A stretch of DNA of 64,000 bases from Thermodesulfobacteriota bacterium (GCA_041572575.1 JBFFSH010000003.1:7081-71080); one strand, 5' to 3'; shown: positions 1 through 10,419, counted from the stretch's first letter. Notes: a model not told the origin generated them from the sequence alone. Translations and numbers: made by a program.

Positions 1-769
1 TTTGCAGGGCTTCAGTCACCCATGGGATCATTTCCTCTTCTGTAACTGAGTTGCCGACATTTATGCCCTTTGCCTTTAAAAAAGTATATGCTACCCCGCC
101 ACCAATAATAACCTCATCTGCCTTTTCCATAAGATTTTTCAGTGCATGTATCTTATCTTTAATCTTTGATCCACCGACTATTACAAGATATGGTCTTTTT
201 GGTGTATTAATAAGCTGTTGCAAAAACTTTAGTTCTCTGTCTACTACAAAACCGGCTAGCCTCTTATCAAAATGCTGTGCCATTCCAAATGTAGAAGCAT
301 GGGCTCTGTGTGAGGTGCCAAATGCATCATTTACATATATGTCTGCAAGAGAGGCTAATTGTTTGCAAAATTTAGGCTCGTTGTCTCTTTCTTCAATGTG
401 AAACCTAAGATTTTCGAGAACCAGTATTTGTCCGTTTTTAAGATCTTTGACTGCTTTTTTTACTTCTCTTCCAACTGCTTTACCTACAAATTTTACGTCT
501 CTTCCCAGTAGTTCAGCAAGTCTTTCTGCCACAGGTTCAAGTGATAGGCTCGAAATTACATGACCTCTTGGTCTGCCCATATGAGAGGCTACAATAACTT
601 TTGCGCCTCTGTCTACAAGATAATCAATAGTGGGTACTGTTCTTCTAATTCTGTAATTTTCGCTTATTTTTCCATCTCTGATAGGTACATTAAAATCCAC
701 ACGCACAAAGACAGTCTTGCCTTTTAATTCAGAATCTTCTAAGTCAGAAACTAACAGTTTATCGCTCAA
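1..769 (-). CDS. pgk: Phosphoglycerate kinase (N-terminal ~255 aa). The 3' end of the gene runs off the window start.
   Basis: Minus-strand translation from the TTG at 767-769 reads LSDKLLVSDLEDSELKGKTVFVRVDFNVP...VIVASHMGRPRG...ADEVIIGGGVAYTF. This is the typical PGK N-terminal domain and hinge. The TTG start overlaps the gap TGA stop (TTGA), and gap-pgk is the classic gene order. Confidence 0.9.
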   Translation of the reverse strand, partial: MSDKLLVSDLEDSELKGKTVFVRVDFNVPIRDGKISENYRIRRTVPTIDYLVDRGAKVIVASHMGRPRGHVISSLSLEPVAERLAELLGRDVKFVGKAVGREVKKAVKDLKNGQILVLENLRFHIEERDNEPKFCKQLASLADIYVNDAFGTSHRAHASTFGMAQHFDKRLAGFVVDRELKFLQQLINTPKRPYLVIVGGSKIKDKIHALKNLMEKADEVIIGGGVAYTFLKAKGINVGNSVTEEEMIPWVTEALQ

Positions 770-1773
770 CGCTTTTTACCTGCAAACTCAATCAGATCGA
801 CTACTCTTGATGAATAGCCATATTCATTATCATACCATGCTATGACTTTAACTAAATTATTTCCTACCATTGAAGTAAGCAGGGAGTCAAAAGTAGCGGA
901 GTGTGTATCTCCTATAAGATCGGAAGATACAAGTGGCTCATCCGAATACCTGAGAAAACCTTTGAGACTTCCTTTTGATGCTTTTTTGAATTCAGCGTTT
1001 ATCTGCTCTACTGTTGTATTGCTTTTAAGCTCGGCAACAAAATCAACTACGGACACATCCGGCGTTGGCACTCTCATTGCCACTGCCTGCAGTTTGCCTT
1101 TTAATTCTGGAAAAATGACCTGTATCAAATTTGCTGCGCCGGTACTGGTAGGAATTATTGAAAGAGCAGCCGAACGCGCTCTTCTTAAATCTTTATGAGG
1201 CGCATCCAAAATCCTTTGGTCATTTGTATATGAATGAACTGTGGTCATCTGTCCGCGTTTTATGCCAAATTTATCATGAAGTACTTTTACCACCATACTA
1301 AAGCAGTTAGTAGTACAAGAGGCATTTGAGATTATGTTATGTTTGGAAGGTTTGTAATCCTTGTGATTAACTCCCATTACAACTGAGAAATCTACTTCGC
1401 CTTTTGATGGTGCAGTAATAATAACCTTTTTAACCGAGCCTCCCATGTGTTTGGAAGCTAACTCTTTACTGGTAAAAATTCCTGTAGATTCCACAACCTG
1501 CTGAGTTTTAAGTCCGTTCCAGTCAATATTATCGGGATCTCTTTCAGAAAATACCCTTATTTTTTTACCATCAATTACTATATAATTTCCGCTTACTTTT
1601 ACTTCACCGTTATAAGGGCCGAATACAGAATCGTATTTAAACAGGTGTGCCAGAGTTTTAGCATCTGTAATATCATTTATACCCACAAAATCCAGATTTT
1701 TTCTTTGCAGGCCGATTCTTAGTACGTGTCTTCCTATTCTTCCAAATCCGTTAATTCCTACCTTAATAGGCAT
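766..1773 (-). CDS. gap: Glyceraldehyde-3-phosphate dehydrogenase, type I
   Basis: 335 aa. MPIKVGINGFGRIGR NAD-binding N-terminus and the active-site SNASCTTNC motif. Confidence 0.95.
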   Translation of the reverse strand: MPIKVGINGFGRIGRHVLRIGLQRKNLDFVGINDITDAKTLAHLFKYDSVFGPYNGEVKVSGNYIVIDGKKIRVFSERDPDNIDWNGLKTQQVVESTGIFTSKELASKHMGGSVKKVIITAPSKGEVDFSVVMGVNHKDYKPSKHNIISNASCTTNCFSMVVKVLHDKFGIKRGQMTTVHSYTNDQRILDAPHKDLRRARSAALSIIPTSTGAANLIQVIFPELKGKLQAVAMRVPTPDVSVVDFVAELKSNTTVEQINAEFKKASKGSLKGFLRYSDEPLVSSDLIGDTHSATFDSLLTSMVGNNLVKVIAWYDNEYGYSSRVVDLIEFAGKKR

Positions 1774-1902
1774 TTAATTCCTCCAATTTGCTGTAAATTT
1801 AAGATATTGCTACTGTCAAAGCCGAAAAACTACCCAAATGTCAATCAGAGTCAAGTTGCTGTATATGCTAGTTTTTTTATTATTAAGTTGATTTCTGATC
1901 AA

Positions 1903-2541
1903 TTAATTCGTTCTTACATTCTGAAGCTTTGTTATAAACTCTTTTATCTCTTTAGACTTAACTTTCATGCTTACTCTGTTTACTATGAGCCGCGCAGTAA
2001 TGTCGGATATCACATCGATAGATTCCAGTTTATTTTTCTGAAGGGTTTCACCCGTGGCTGTAAGATCGACAATCACATCAGAAAGTCCTACAATCGGAGC
2101 AAGCTCAACAGAGCCATACAGTTTTACTATTTCAACGGTAATCCCCTGCTGAGCAAAATAGTCACTTGCTATTGCAGGATATTTTGTTGCTACCCTAAGG
2201 GACTTTGATTTATCCCGCCCATAACCATCGGGAGCTGCTACAATCAATTTGCATTTTCCTATTCTTAAATCTAATGGTTCATATAGATTATACTTTTCTT
2301 CCATAAGGGTATCTTTTCCCACGATGCCGCAGTCTGCAGCCCCATACTCCACATATGCTGGGACATCTGTAGGACGAACAACCATGGCTTTCATACCAAT
2401 ACTTGGGTATTCAAATACCAGTTTTCTTGTATTTTTTAGTATGTCATTAATGTTGTAGCCGGCTTTTTTGAATATAGCTGTAGCTTCTTCAAGCAGTCTT
2501 CCACGTGAAAATGCAATTGTGATCATTCTTTCTCCCTCCAA
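1903..2541 (-). CDS. hisG: ATP phosphoribosyltransferase, short form
   Basis: 212 aa. Begins MITIAFSRGRL and contains GAADCGIVGKD and DLTATGETL motifs typical of HisG. Confidence 0.88.
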   Translation of the reverse strand: MEGERMITIAFSRGRLLEEATAIFKKAGYNINDILKNTRKLVFEYPSIGMKAMVVRPTDVPAYVEYGAADCGIVGKDTLMEEKYNLYEPLDLRIGKCKLIVAAPDGYGRDKSKSLRVATKYPAIASDYFAQQGITVEIVKLYGSVELAPIVGLSDVIVDLTATGETLQKNKLESIDVISDITARLIVNRVSMKVKSKEIKEFITKLQNVRTN

Positions 2542-3779
2542 ATTTTAGCGCCAATCTGTTCTAGTTTTTTATCCAATCTGTCGTAGCCACGGTCTAAGTG
2601 GTATACCCTCAATATGTCAGTCCTGCCGTTTGCAACAAGCCCTGCAAGTACAAGAGAAGCGCTTGCTCTTAAATCGCTTGCCATTATTGGCGCCCCGCTT
2701 AGGCTTTCTACACCCCTTACAACAGCGCTGCTTCCAACAAGCTTAATGTCCGCTCCCATTCTTCTAAGTTCCCCGGCATGCAGATATCTCTGAGGAAATA
2801 TTGTTTCATTTATAATACTAAGACCCCTGGAAATGCTCATTAAAGTCATTAACTGTGCCTGCATATCGGTAGGAAATCCAGGGTAGGGAAGAGTTGTAAT
2901 ATCTACACTTTTTAATTTGCCTGTGCCTTTTACTCTTACTCCTTCCTTAACTTTTGTAATTTCAGCTCCTACCTCGATTAATTTTCCTATTACAGCCCCA
3001 CTGTTCTCAAATGCGCAGTTTTTAAGCACAAGGTCAGCAGAAAGCGCAACTGCTGCAACCATAAGAGTACCGCTCTCTATTCTGTCCGGCATTACTTTAT
3101 AGTTTTTTATTGGCTTGAGTTTGTTTACTCCTTTGATAGTAATTATGTCGGTTCCGGCACCTGTGATCTTTGCGCCCATTTTATTGAGTGCATTTGCAAG
3201 GTCAGTAACCTCTGGCTCACATGCTGCGTTAAGCAAGATAGTTTCTCCCTCTGCAAGCACCGATGCAAGCATCATATTCTCGGTTCCTGTTACTGTAGAA
3301 ATATCAAAGGGGATAATACTGCCAGATAACTTTTTAGCCTTTGTTTCTATATATCCTTCATCTATTATTATTTTTGATCCAAGTATCTCTAGTCCTTTTA
3401 GGTGCTGATCCACAGGTCTTTCGCCTATCGCACAGCCACCGGGAAAGGAAACTCTGGTTTTACCAAAACGTGCAGTTAGGGGGCCCAACACTAATACGGA
3501 TGCTCTCATGGTTCTTACAAGTTCATATGGAGCGATCCACTTATTTATGCCCGTGGAGTCTATTTCCAGTTTTCCTTTATGGTACTCTACCTTGGCTCCA
3601 AGCATGGTAAGCAGTTCTGCCATTGTACGTACGTCAGCTAAGTCCGGCACATTTGTAAATGTGTTTACCCCGCTTGTAAGGATTGTTGAGGCCATAAGAG
3701 GAAGTACGGAGTTTTTAGCTCCGCTAATGACTAACTCGCCCTTAAGCTTGTTTCCGCCTTCTATTACTAGTTTTTCCAT
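2523..3779 (-). CDS. murA: UDP-N-acetylglucosamine 1-carboxyvinyltransferase
   Basis: 418 aa. Begins MEKLVIEGGNKLKGELVISGAKNS. Carries the EPSP-synthase-like fold signature and the catalytic Cys region (PGGCAIGERPVD). Confidence 0.95.
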   Translation of the reverse strand: MEKLVIEGGNKLKGELVISGAKNSVLPLMASTILTSGVNTFTNVPDLADVRTMAELLTMLGAKVEYHKGKLEIDSTGINKWIAPYELVRTMRASVLVLGPLTARFGKTRVSFPGGCAIGERPVDQHLKGLEILGSKIIIDEGYIETKAKKLSGSIIPFDISTVTGTENMMLASVLAEGETILLNAACEPEVTDLANALNKMGAKITGAGTDIITIKGVNKLKPIKNYKVMPDRIESGTLMVAAVALSADLVLKNCAFENSGAVIGKLIEVGAEITKVKEGVRVKGTGKLKSVDITTLPYPGFPTDMQAQLMTLMSISRGLSIINETIFPQRYLHAGELRRMGADIKLVGSSAVVRGVESLSGAPIMASDLRASASLVLAGLVANGRTDILRVYHLDRGYDRLDKKLEQIGAKIWREKE

Positions 3780-4609
3780 TTTGCTTTGACTACCCTGTCT
3801 ATGCCAGATAAATCCTTAAATACCTGGGTTTCTTTATAACCATTTAATTCAAACATTTCAACCACTCTATCCGATTGATCATACCCTATTTCGAGCAGAC
3901 ACCATCCGCCGTTTTTCAAAACCCTCTTGGACTCATTTATTATTTCACTAATTAGAGCCAGTCCGTTGTCCTTGGCTATTAGAGCTCTCTTTGGTTCATA
4001 ATTTTTAACACCGTTCTCAAGTTTTGAGAATTCTTGCTCTTTTACATAGGGTGGATTTGATACAATGATATCGAATGTTTCTCCCTTTATAGACCCAAGC
4101 AGGGAGCCTTTAATAAAGTAGGGATTAGTATTGTTCAAGACCGAATTTTTTTTAGCTTTAAGCAGCGTGTTTTGAGATATATCGCTTGCAACACAGGTAC
4201 AAGCAGCAATCTCTGCCATAATTGTTATAGCTATACAACCACTACCTGTGCCAATATCCAGGATGTATGGGTGGTTAAATTCTTTTGCTATGTTAATTGT
4301 CTGTTCTACAAGAATCTCTGTTTCAGGTCTTGGAATCAGTACATTTGTATCTACTGTAAACTCTCTGGAATAGAATTCTTTTTTGCCAAGTATATATGCA
4401 ATAGGTTCATTTGACAGTCTGCGACGTAGCAAATCATTATACTTATCAATTTCATCAGCACTTACCAACCTATCCTGATCCTTATAATAGGTTAATTTAT
4501 CCACCCCGGTTGCTGCATGTAAAAGCAGGGATGCTTCTAGACCCGGGTTTTTAAAATACGGATCACTTAGTGTCTGCCTTCCAAAATTGTATAATTCTTT
4601 TATATTCAT
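3767..4609 (-). CDS. prmC: Release-factor glutamine N5-methyltransferase (HemK/PrmC)
   Basis: 280 aa. SAM motif LDIGTGSGCIA and the catalytic NPPY motif (VSNPPYV). Confidence 0.88.
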   Translation of the reverse strand: MNIKELYNFGRQTLSDPYFKNPGLEASLLLHAATGVDKLTYYKDQDRLVSADEIDKYNDLLRRRLSNEPIAYILGKKEFYSREFTVDTNVLIPRPETEILVEQTINIAKEFNHPYILDIGTGSGCIAITIMAEIAACTCVASDISQNTLLKAKKNSVLNNTNPYFIKGSLLGSIKGETFDIIVSNPPYVKEQEFSKLENGVKNYEPKRALIAKDNGLALISEIINESKRVLKNGGWCLLEIGYDQSDRVVEMFELNGYKETQVFKDLSGIDRVVKAKWKN

Positions 4610-4692
4610 AAGGATAGTTCAGTATACATAATCATTTTTCTAATCATATATGTACTCTAATATAATAAGGTTTTTTCTCTTGAAGATTAAAA

Positions 4693-5301
4693 ATGGCTCA
4701 TATGAAACATAAATTTATACTCGCATCGTCTTCTCCCAGGAGGATCAAGATGCTAGGTGATTTAGGAATCAATTTTGAAGTAATTGCTCCTGATATTAAC
4801 GAATCCCCTCTTGAGAGTGAACCGCCTGAAGATTTTGTATTAAGGTTATCCAAAGAAAAAGCAGATTATGTATGTTCTAAAGTAAGCGAAAAAGCAGTTA
4901 TTCTTGCAGCCGACACAGTTGTGATCCTGGGGAAGATTATTCTTGGAAAACCGCTGGATGAAATTGATGCAAAGCGGATGCTTGAGATGCTTTCAGGAAA
5001 TACGCACAAAGTTGCAACAGGGTTTACATTAATGGATCAGGACTGTGCTGTATTACATTCCGAAGCCGTTTTTACTGAAGTAACATTTAAGAACCTTGCA
5101 CCCGGTGAGATAGATGGATACATTAAAACTGGTGAACCAATGGATAAGGCAGGGGCATATGCCATTCAGGGCACAGGCTCTTTTATGGTAGAAGAAATTA
5201 ACGGGTCGTTTACAAATGTAGTAGGACTGCCGCTATCCAGGGTAGTTGAAATACTTTCAAATCTAGGATTATTAAAACTATTTAGCAAGAATGGGAATTA
5301 A
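4693..5301 (+). CDS. maf: Maf-like nucleoside triphosphate pyrophosphatase
   Basis: 202 aa. ILASSSPRR N-terminal motif and AGAYAIQG motif. Confidence 0.85.
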   Translation: MAHMKHKFILASSSPRRIKMLGDLGINFEVIAPDINESPLESEPPEDFVLRLSKEKADYVCSKVSEKAVILAADTVVILGKIILGKPLDEIDAKRMLEMLSGNTHKVATGFTLMDQDCAVLHSEAVFTEVTFKNLAPGEIDGYIKTGEPMDKAGAYAIQGTGSFMVEEINGSFTNVVGLPLSRVVEILSNLGLLKLFSKNGN

Positions 5302-5992
5302 AGAGAAATTAGAAGTAATAAATGAAAGAATAAACCGGGCCGCTGAGAGAAGCGAAAGGAATACTTCGGACATTACACTCCTGGCTGTTTCTAAGCAGGT
5401 TGAATCCGGGCGTATACGAGAGGCTATAGACTCTGAACATTTGAGTTTCGGTGAGAATTATGTGCAGGAGTTTGTAACCAAATATGACGAGCTTTCAGAA
5501 CATAAAAATATAGACTGGCATTTTATAGGCCACCTGCAAAAGAACAAGGTTAAATATATTATTGATAAAGTGAGTCTTATTCATTCAGTCGATAAGGTGT
5601 CGCTTGCCGGGGAAATTAATAAACGAGCAGAAAAGTTGGGAATCGTCATGCCTATACTGGTTGAGGTAAACCTTGGTGGAGAGGAATCAAAGAGCGGGAT
5701 AGAGCCTGATGAACTGGGCAGCTTTCTGGAGAAGTTATCTGCATTGGATAATATTAGATTATCCGGACTGATGGCACTTCCGCCGTATTGTGACAATGCT
5801 GAGGATTCTAGAAAATATTTTATTAAATTAAGAGAGCTAAGAGACAACTTTATTTCCAGTTATAATACATTAAACGAGCTTTCCATGGGAATGAGCCATG
5901 ATTTTGAGATAGCGGTGGAAGAAGGCGCTACGATAGTGAGAGTGGGTACCGCAATATTTGGAGAGAGACCGCGTAAAAAAGCGTATCTGTAA
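5291..5992 (+). CDS. yggS: YggS-family pyridoxal-phosphate homeostasis protein
   Basis: 233 aa. Contains ITLLAVSKQ (PLP lysine region), HFIGHLQKNKVKYI and MGMSHDFEIA. Overlaps the maf stop, and this synteny with proC is the canonical arrangement. Confidence 0.85.
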   Translation: MGIKEKLEVINERINRAAERSERNTSDITLLAVSKQVESGRIREAIDSEHLSFGENYVQEFVTKYDELSEHKNIDWHFIGHLQKNKVKYIIDKVSLIHSVDKVSLAGEINKRAEKLGIVMPILVEVNLGGEESKSGIEPDELGSFLEKLSALDNIRLSGLMALPPYCDNAEDSRKYFIKLRELRDNFISSYNTLNELSMGMSHDFEIAVEEGATIVRVGTAIFGERPRKKAYL

Positions 5993-6017
5993 ATGTAAAT
6001 TCGTAGAGGTTATATAA

Positions 6018-6836
6018 ATGTATAAAGTAGGTTTTATAGGTGCAGGAAATATGGCAGAAGCTCTTATCAAGGGGCTTATCGGCTCTAAGGTTCTCGGCAA
6101 AAAAGATATTACTGCAAGCGATATTTCAAAATCAAGAGAGAATTATATATCCAAAAAATATGGCGTAAATAGAAGTAAGGATAACAATGCCCTAGCTAAA
6201 GAGTCTGAGGTTGTGGTTTTAAGCGTAAAGCCAAACAATATCAAAACTGTTGTACAGGAGATATCATCTGAATTGACTGCAACAAAGATTTTAATCTCAA
6301 TCGCTGCGGGTGTGACTACTAATGTTATAAGCAATGCCCTTGGCAAAAAAGGAAAAATAGTGAGGGTCATGCCCAATACTCCTGCACTTGTTTTAGAAGG
6401 TGCTTCAGCAATATATTTTGGAACCGGTCTCACAGCAAAAGATAAAAAGCAGGTGCAGAAAATATTTGGAGCAATTGGGAAAACATTTATAGTGGAAAAA
6501 GAGCAGCTTATGAACGGTATAACGGCTCTTAGCGGAAGCGGTCCTGCGTTTGTATCACTATTTATTGAAGCGCTTTCAGATGGTGGAGTAAAGACAGGAC
6601 TTCCAAGAGCCACAGCGCTTGAACTTGCTGTACAGACTGTGCTTGGTGCGGCTAAATTAATTTCTGAAGAAAATATTCATCCTGCAAAATTAAAGGACAT
6701 GGTCTCATCTCCGGCGGGGACTACTATTGAAGGGCTTACAGAACTTGAAGTAAATGGTTTTAGAGGAAATGTGATTTCGGCAATCGAGGCTGCTGAGCAC
6801 AGATCAAGAGAACTTTCAGAGGAGGCAGAAAAGTAA
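6018..6836 (+). CDS. proC: Pyrroline-5-carboxylate reductase
   Basis: 272 aa. VGFIGAGNMAEALIKGL Rossmann motif and the P5CR C-terminal dimerisation region. Confidence 0.9.
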   Translation: MYKVGFIGAGNMAEALIKGLIGSKVLGKKDITASDISKSRENYISKKYGVNRSKDNNALAKESEVVVLSVKPNNIKTVVQEISSELTATKILISIAAGVTTNVISNALGKKGKIVRVMPNTPALVLEGASAIYFGTGLTAKDKKQVQKIFGAIGKTFIVEKEQLMNGITALSGSGPAFVSLFIEALSDGGVKTGLPRATALELAVQTVLGAAKLISEENIHPAKLKDMVSSPAGTTIEGLTELEVNGFRGNVISAIEAAEHRSRELSEEAEK

Positions 6837-7132
6837 TGGATATCGGCGGTACTTTCGTAGTTACAATAATTAAACTTATTATACTTATGCTAAATATATA
6901 TATGTATCTGATTATATTTAGAGCTATCATTTTCTGGGTAAATCCTGATCCTTACAATCCACTGGTTCAGTTTTTAAGAATGGCTACAGACCCTCCTCTT
7001 AGATTTCTAAGAAGATTTATCCCTCCAATCGGAGGAGCATTAGACCTGACGCCAATAATAGTAATATTCGTACTCTATTTTATCATAGAACTTCTTTCGC
7101 AGTATGCTTATCAGTTGTCGAGGGGATTCTAG
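6836..7132 (+). CDS. yggT: YggT-family small membrane protein
   Basis: 98 aa. Two predicted TM segments. Sits directly after proC, completing the yggS-proC-yggT arrangement. Confidence 0.75.
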   Translation: MDIGGTFVVTIIKLIILMLNIYMYLIIFRAIIFWVNPDPYNPLVQFLRMATDPPLRFLRRFIPPIGGALDLTPIIVIFVLYFIIELLSQYAYQLSRGF

Positions 7133-7165
7133 AAATGCTGTAATGATTAAGGATGTTTACTACAA

Positions 7166-7480
7166 ATGCAATGCCCTAACTGTGCTAATAATATTTATTG
7201 GATTAAAGTAATATTAATAACACGCTGGACATCAATAAAATGCTCAAAATGTACTATTGAGTTAAACAGAAAACTCGATACTAATTTTTTCCTACTTTGC
7301 TCTTTTAGTATAGCAGTGACTATCTTTATTGTAGAGGCGTCCCTAAGCATGTTACTTAAAGTTATACTGATATCTTGTTTGATAGTGATTAGTACTTACA
7401 TCGATTCTATGATTATTAAGTTATATCGATCAAGGAAAAATAAAAATTCTTTGCTCGGATATAACATAATCGATGATTAG
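7166..7480 (+). CDS. Hypothetical small membrane protein with an N-terminal zinc-ribbon (CxxC...CxxC)
   Basis: 104 aa. Reads MQCPNCANN...KCSKC and is followed by two hydrophobic helices. No family recognised. Confidence 0.45.
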   Translation: MQCPNCANNIYWIKVILITRWTSIKCSKCTIELNRKLDTNFFLLCSFSIAVTIFIVEASLSMLLKVILISCLIVISTYIDSMIIKLYRSRKNKNSLLGYNIIDD

Positions 7481-7722
7481 ATTGACACTGGGTAAACGAA
7501 ATAATGTAGAAAAACGATCTATGACAAGCCAAGTGGAATACTGGGCCAAAATTGGCAATATTGCAGAAGACAACCCCGACCTTCCCTTTTCCAATATACG
7601 TGCATTCCTCTTATTTAGAGAACTAGCCAAGGGCAGCATTGAATAATACGTCTTCGGACAGGAATTAATGTATTATCTGAAGGGTTATTGAGTTTATATT
7701 AAGTTAATCAAAGTAATTTTAA

Positions 7723-8196
7723 ATGCTTAGGGATAAATTAACAGACTTAATCCAGGCTTTTCTATTTCTTTTATTTCTGCCGATTCTACTTTTATATCTA
7801 ATATTTAATTTTCTATATGTAACTTGTTTGAGGGTTGGATTTCTACTTAAATGGAAGAGGAAAGGCAAGGATATAATGTTCATTTATTCAGACAGTCCAC
7901 ATTGGAAAGATTATATAGAGGAAAATATACTTCCAAAACTAGGCTCACGTTGTGTAACATTTAAATGGTCTAAAAGGAAATGGATAAATATCGGAGATAA
8001 GCTTGATAATGCGATATTTTATAACTGGGGTGGTTATACAGATTTTAATCCTATAGCTATCATATACATTGGTTTTTTTAATATAAAAACAGTCAGGTTT
8101 TATAAAGCATTCAGAGATAGTAAGCATGGTAAGGATAAATTACTCAAAGACAGGCTAGAAGAATTATCAAACATAGTTGGTATTAAATTCGGTTAA
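7723..8196 (+). CDS. Hypothetical membrane protein
   Basis: 157 aa. Has an N-terminal hydrophobic helix (LFLLFLPILLLYLIF). No recognisable domain. Confidence 0.4.
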   Translation: MLRDKLTDLIQAFLFLLFLPILLLYLIFNFLYVTCLRVGFLLKWKRKGKDIMFIYSDSPHWKDYIEENILPKLGSRCVTFKWSKRKWINIGDKLDNAIFYNWGGYTDFNPIAIIYIGFFNIKTVRFYKAFRDSKHGKDKLLKDRLEELSNIVGIKFG

Positions 8197-8265
8197 CTAT
8201 TCTTTATATGACATAATGAAAGCATTACTATATAATTTTATGTAATTAATAATTAGGAGAAATAC

Positions 8266-9738
8266 ATGGCAAGACTAAGACAATGCAATCTTTTTATAAA
8301 TGGAAAAGAAATAAAACCATCCAGCAGGAGATATTTTGTAAGGGAAAACCCTGCAACTGAAAAGGACTTTGCGCAGATTGCTGAAAGCAGTGCAAAGGAT
8401 ATAGACAAAGCAGTAACTGCTGCCAGAAAAGCATTTGGTGTATGGTCAAAAGTACCTGCGACAGAACGTGCAAAGATGCTAAACACTATTGCCGGTGTAC
8501 TGGCTAAAAACCAAGAACAGCTTGCGCTGTTAAATACACTTGAAACCGGAAAACCTATAAGAGAGAGCGGACTTGTTGAGATTGGCGGGTCGATAAGAAC
8601 ACTTGAATACTACGCAGGTTCCTACTCTCAACTAAACGGCGAGACTATTCCTATAAACGAAAATCAGATATCGATGACAGTGAAAGAACCTGTGGGTGTC
8701 GTGGCTCACATAATTCCATGGAACTTTCCGCTTCTTTTATCATTTTGGAAAATAGCCCCTGCGCTTGTTGCCGGATGCACAATTGTGCTTAAGCCTGCCG
8801 AGCTTACTTCATGCACTATTTTTGAGATTGCTAAATTATGCAGCAAAGCCGGTCTGCCCGATGGAGTATTAAACATTGTTCCCGGAAAAGGAGAGGTAGC
8901 CGGGCAGGCGCTGGTAGAACATCCCGACGTTGATAAGGTTGCCTTCACGGGTTCTACTTCGGTAGGAAAGCACGTGATGAGAACATGCGCTGATACGGTC
9001 AAGAGAGTATCACTTGAGCTTGGAGGCAAGGCGCCGTGCATTATTTTTGATGATGCAGATCTGGACAATGCAATAGAAGCCTGCCTGCGCGGAGGGTTTT
9101 TTAATCAGGGTGAAAACTGTACTGCTGTTACAAAGCTCATGCTCCATAAAAAGATATACAAGAAGTTTATGGACACTTATATTAAGAGAATAAAGAAAAT
9201 TAATATTGGCGATCCCACAAAACCTGACACTGAAATGGGGACAGTAATATCTAAAGAACATTATGACAGCGTACTGAATTATATCGCCAGAGGAAAAGCC
9301 GATGGTGCAAAGGTTGCCACGGGTGGAGGAAGACCCAGGAAATATAAGAAGGGGTATTTTATAAGTCCGACTGTTTTGGAAAATGTAGACCCAAATGCAA
9401 CTGTTGCCTGCGAGGAAATCTTCGGTCCTGTTGTTGCCGTGATTCCATTTAGTGATGAAGACAAGGCTATTGAGATTGCGAACAATACAGAGTACGGACT
9501 TGCCGGCGGAGTATGGACAACTGACATGAATAGAGCCATGCGAGTAGCTAAGCAGGTAAAAGCAGGTTACTTGTGGGTAAACACTTATGGAGGCATTATT
9601 CCTCAGACGCCTTATGGTGGATTTAAACAAAGCGGCATAGGTAAGGAGCTTGGCAAGGAAGGAATCGAAAATTATCTTGAGACCAAGTGTATAAATATCT
9701 ATACCGGCGGAGTGATGCCTAAGTGGTATAAGGGATAA
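8266..9738 (+). CDS. NAD(P)-dependent aldehyde dehydrogenase (betaine-aldehyde / gamma-aminobutyraldehyde dehydrogenase-like)
   Basis: 490 aa. ALDH catalytic Glu (LELGGKAP) and Cys (FNQGENCTA) motifs, plus FTGSTSVGK cofactor loop. Confidence 0.9.
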   Translation: MARLRQCNLFINGKEIKPSSRRYFVRENPATEKDFAQIAESSAKDIDKAVTAARKAFGVWSKVPATERAKMLNTIAGVLAKNQEQLALLNTLETGKPIRESGLVEIGGSIRTLEYYAGSYSQLNGETIPINENQISMTVKEPVGVVAHIIPWNFPLLLSFWKIAPALVAGCTIVLKPAELTSCTIFEIAKLCSKAGLPDGVLNIVPGKGEVAGQALVEHPDVDKVAFTGSTSVGKHVMRTCADTVKRVSLELGGKAPCIIFDDADLDNAIEACLRGGFFNQGENCTAVTKLMLHKKIYKKFMDTYIKRIKKINIGDPTKPDTEMGTVISKEHYDSVLNYIARGKADGAKVATGGGRPRKYKKGYFISPTVLENVDPNATVACEEIFGPVVAVIPFSDEDKAIEIANNTEYGLAGGVWTTDMNRAMRVAKQVKAGYLWVNTYGGIIPQTPYGGFKQSGIGKELGKEGIENYLETKCINIYTGGVMPKWYKG

Positions 9739-9742
9739 AATT

Positions 9743-10120
9743 TTGAAAAGATACGTAGCTTCAATAATAGTTATATTTTTTATATTCAGCATATTTGTAA
9801 AAGCCGAAAATATTACAATTACAGATTCAGATGAAATTAATTATGCTCATAATCTGAAAGAAACAATTAGTAAGTTAAAAGAAAAAGTGGTGGAATGTTT
9901 TGATGAAAAGGGTGGCATGGTTGATGAATGTAAATGCACAGAGTGTTCCTGTAAGTACACTACAGAATATTTAGAGGTGAAAAAAACTTACAAAGAAGCC
10001 CTGACAGCAAATCCCGGCTGGGAAGACAATATTATTTTTTATCAGTTAGAAGGTGATCACACAAGGCAAAAAATTAATTTTGCGGGTTTGAAGTGGCAAT
10101 TTAGTCTGAAGTGTGAGTGA
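9743..10120 (+). CDS. Secreted small Cys-rich hypothetical protein
   Basis: 125 aa. N-terminal signal peptide (IVIFFIFSIFVKA) and a cysteine cluster (CFDEKGGMVDECKCTECSCKY). Confidence 0.5.
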   Translation: MKRYVASIIVIFFIFSIFVKAENITITDSDEINYAHNLKETISKLKEKVVECFDEKGGMVDECKCTECSCKYTTEYLEVKKTYKEALTANPGWEDNIIFYQLEGDHTRQKINFAGLKWQFSLKCE

Positions 10121-10153
10121 TAAAAAGATTCAAAAATTTAAATTTCTATTGAT

Positions 10154-10381
10154 ATGAAAATCCCGCGACAATATAGCCTAGTTAAATTCAATATGGAGAA
10201 TTTAAAAAAGAAGTATCATAGTAAATACCCTTTTACTAGTGATGGGGTTTATGTATATTTTGGAGAGATTCAAAATATGCCGGGTCATTGTGTGGTATGT
10301 GATTTTAAATCAGGGCAGATTTATACGGGTTATCATATTGAAAACTTTATAGAAATTAGTGAAGAAGGATATGACAGTTAG
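10154..10381 (+). CDS. Hypothetical small protein
   Basis: 75-aa ORF in series with neighbouring small genes. No family recognised. Confidence 0.35.
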   Translation: MKIPRQYSLVKFNMENLKKKYHSKYPFTSDGVYVYFGEIQNMPGHCVVCDFKSGQIYTGYHIENFIEISEEGYDS

Positions 10382-10419
10382 TTTATGTTATAATTTTAAG
10401 TAAAAGTTTAGAGAAAAAT

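Noticed and set aside
51-401. 116-aa plus-strand ORF
   Set aside because: It lies entirely antisense within the pgk coding region. The minus-strand frame gives a clean PGK sequence. Rejected as spurious.
7430-7639. 69-aa minus-strand ORF in the 242-nt intergenic region after the Zn-ribbon membrane protein gene
   Set aside because: No RBS and low-complexity translation. It overlaps the end of the plus-strand gene. Probably non-coding.
9010-9792. 260-aa minus-strand ORF
   Set aside because: Antisense to the aldehyde dehydrogenase gene, which has clear catalytic motifs. No recognisable features.
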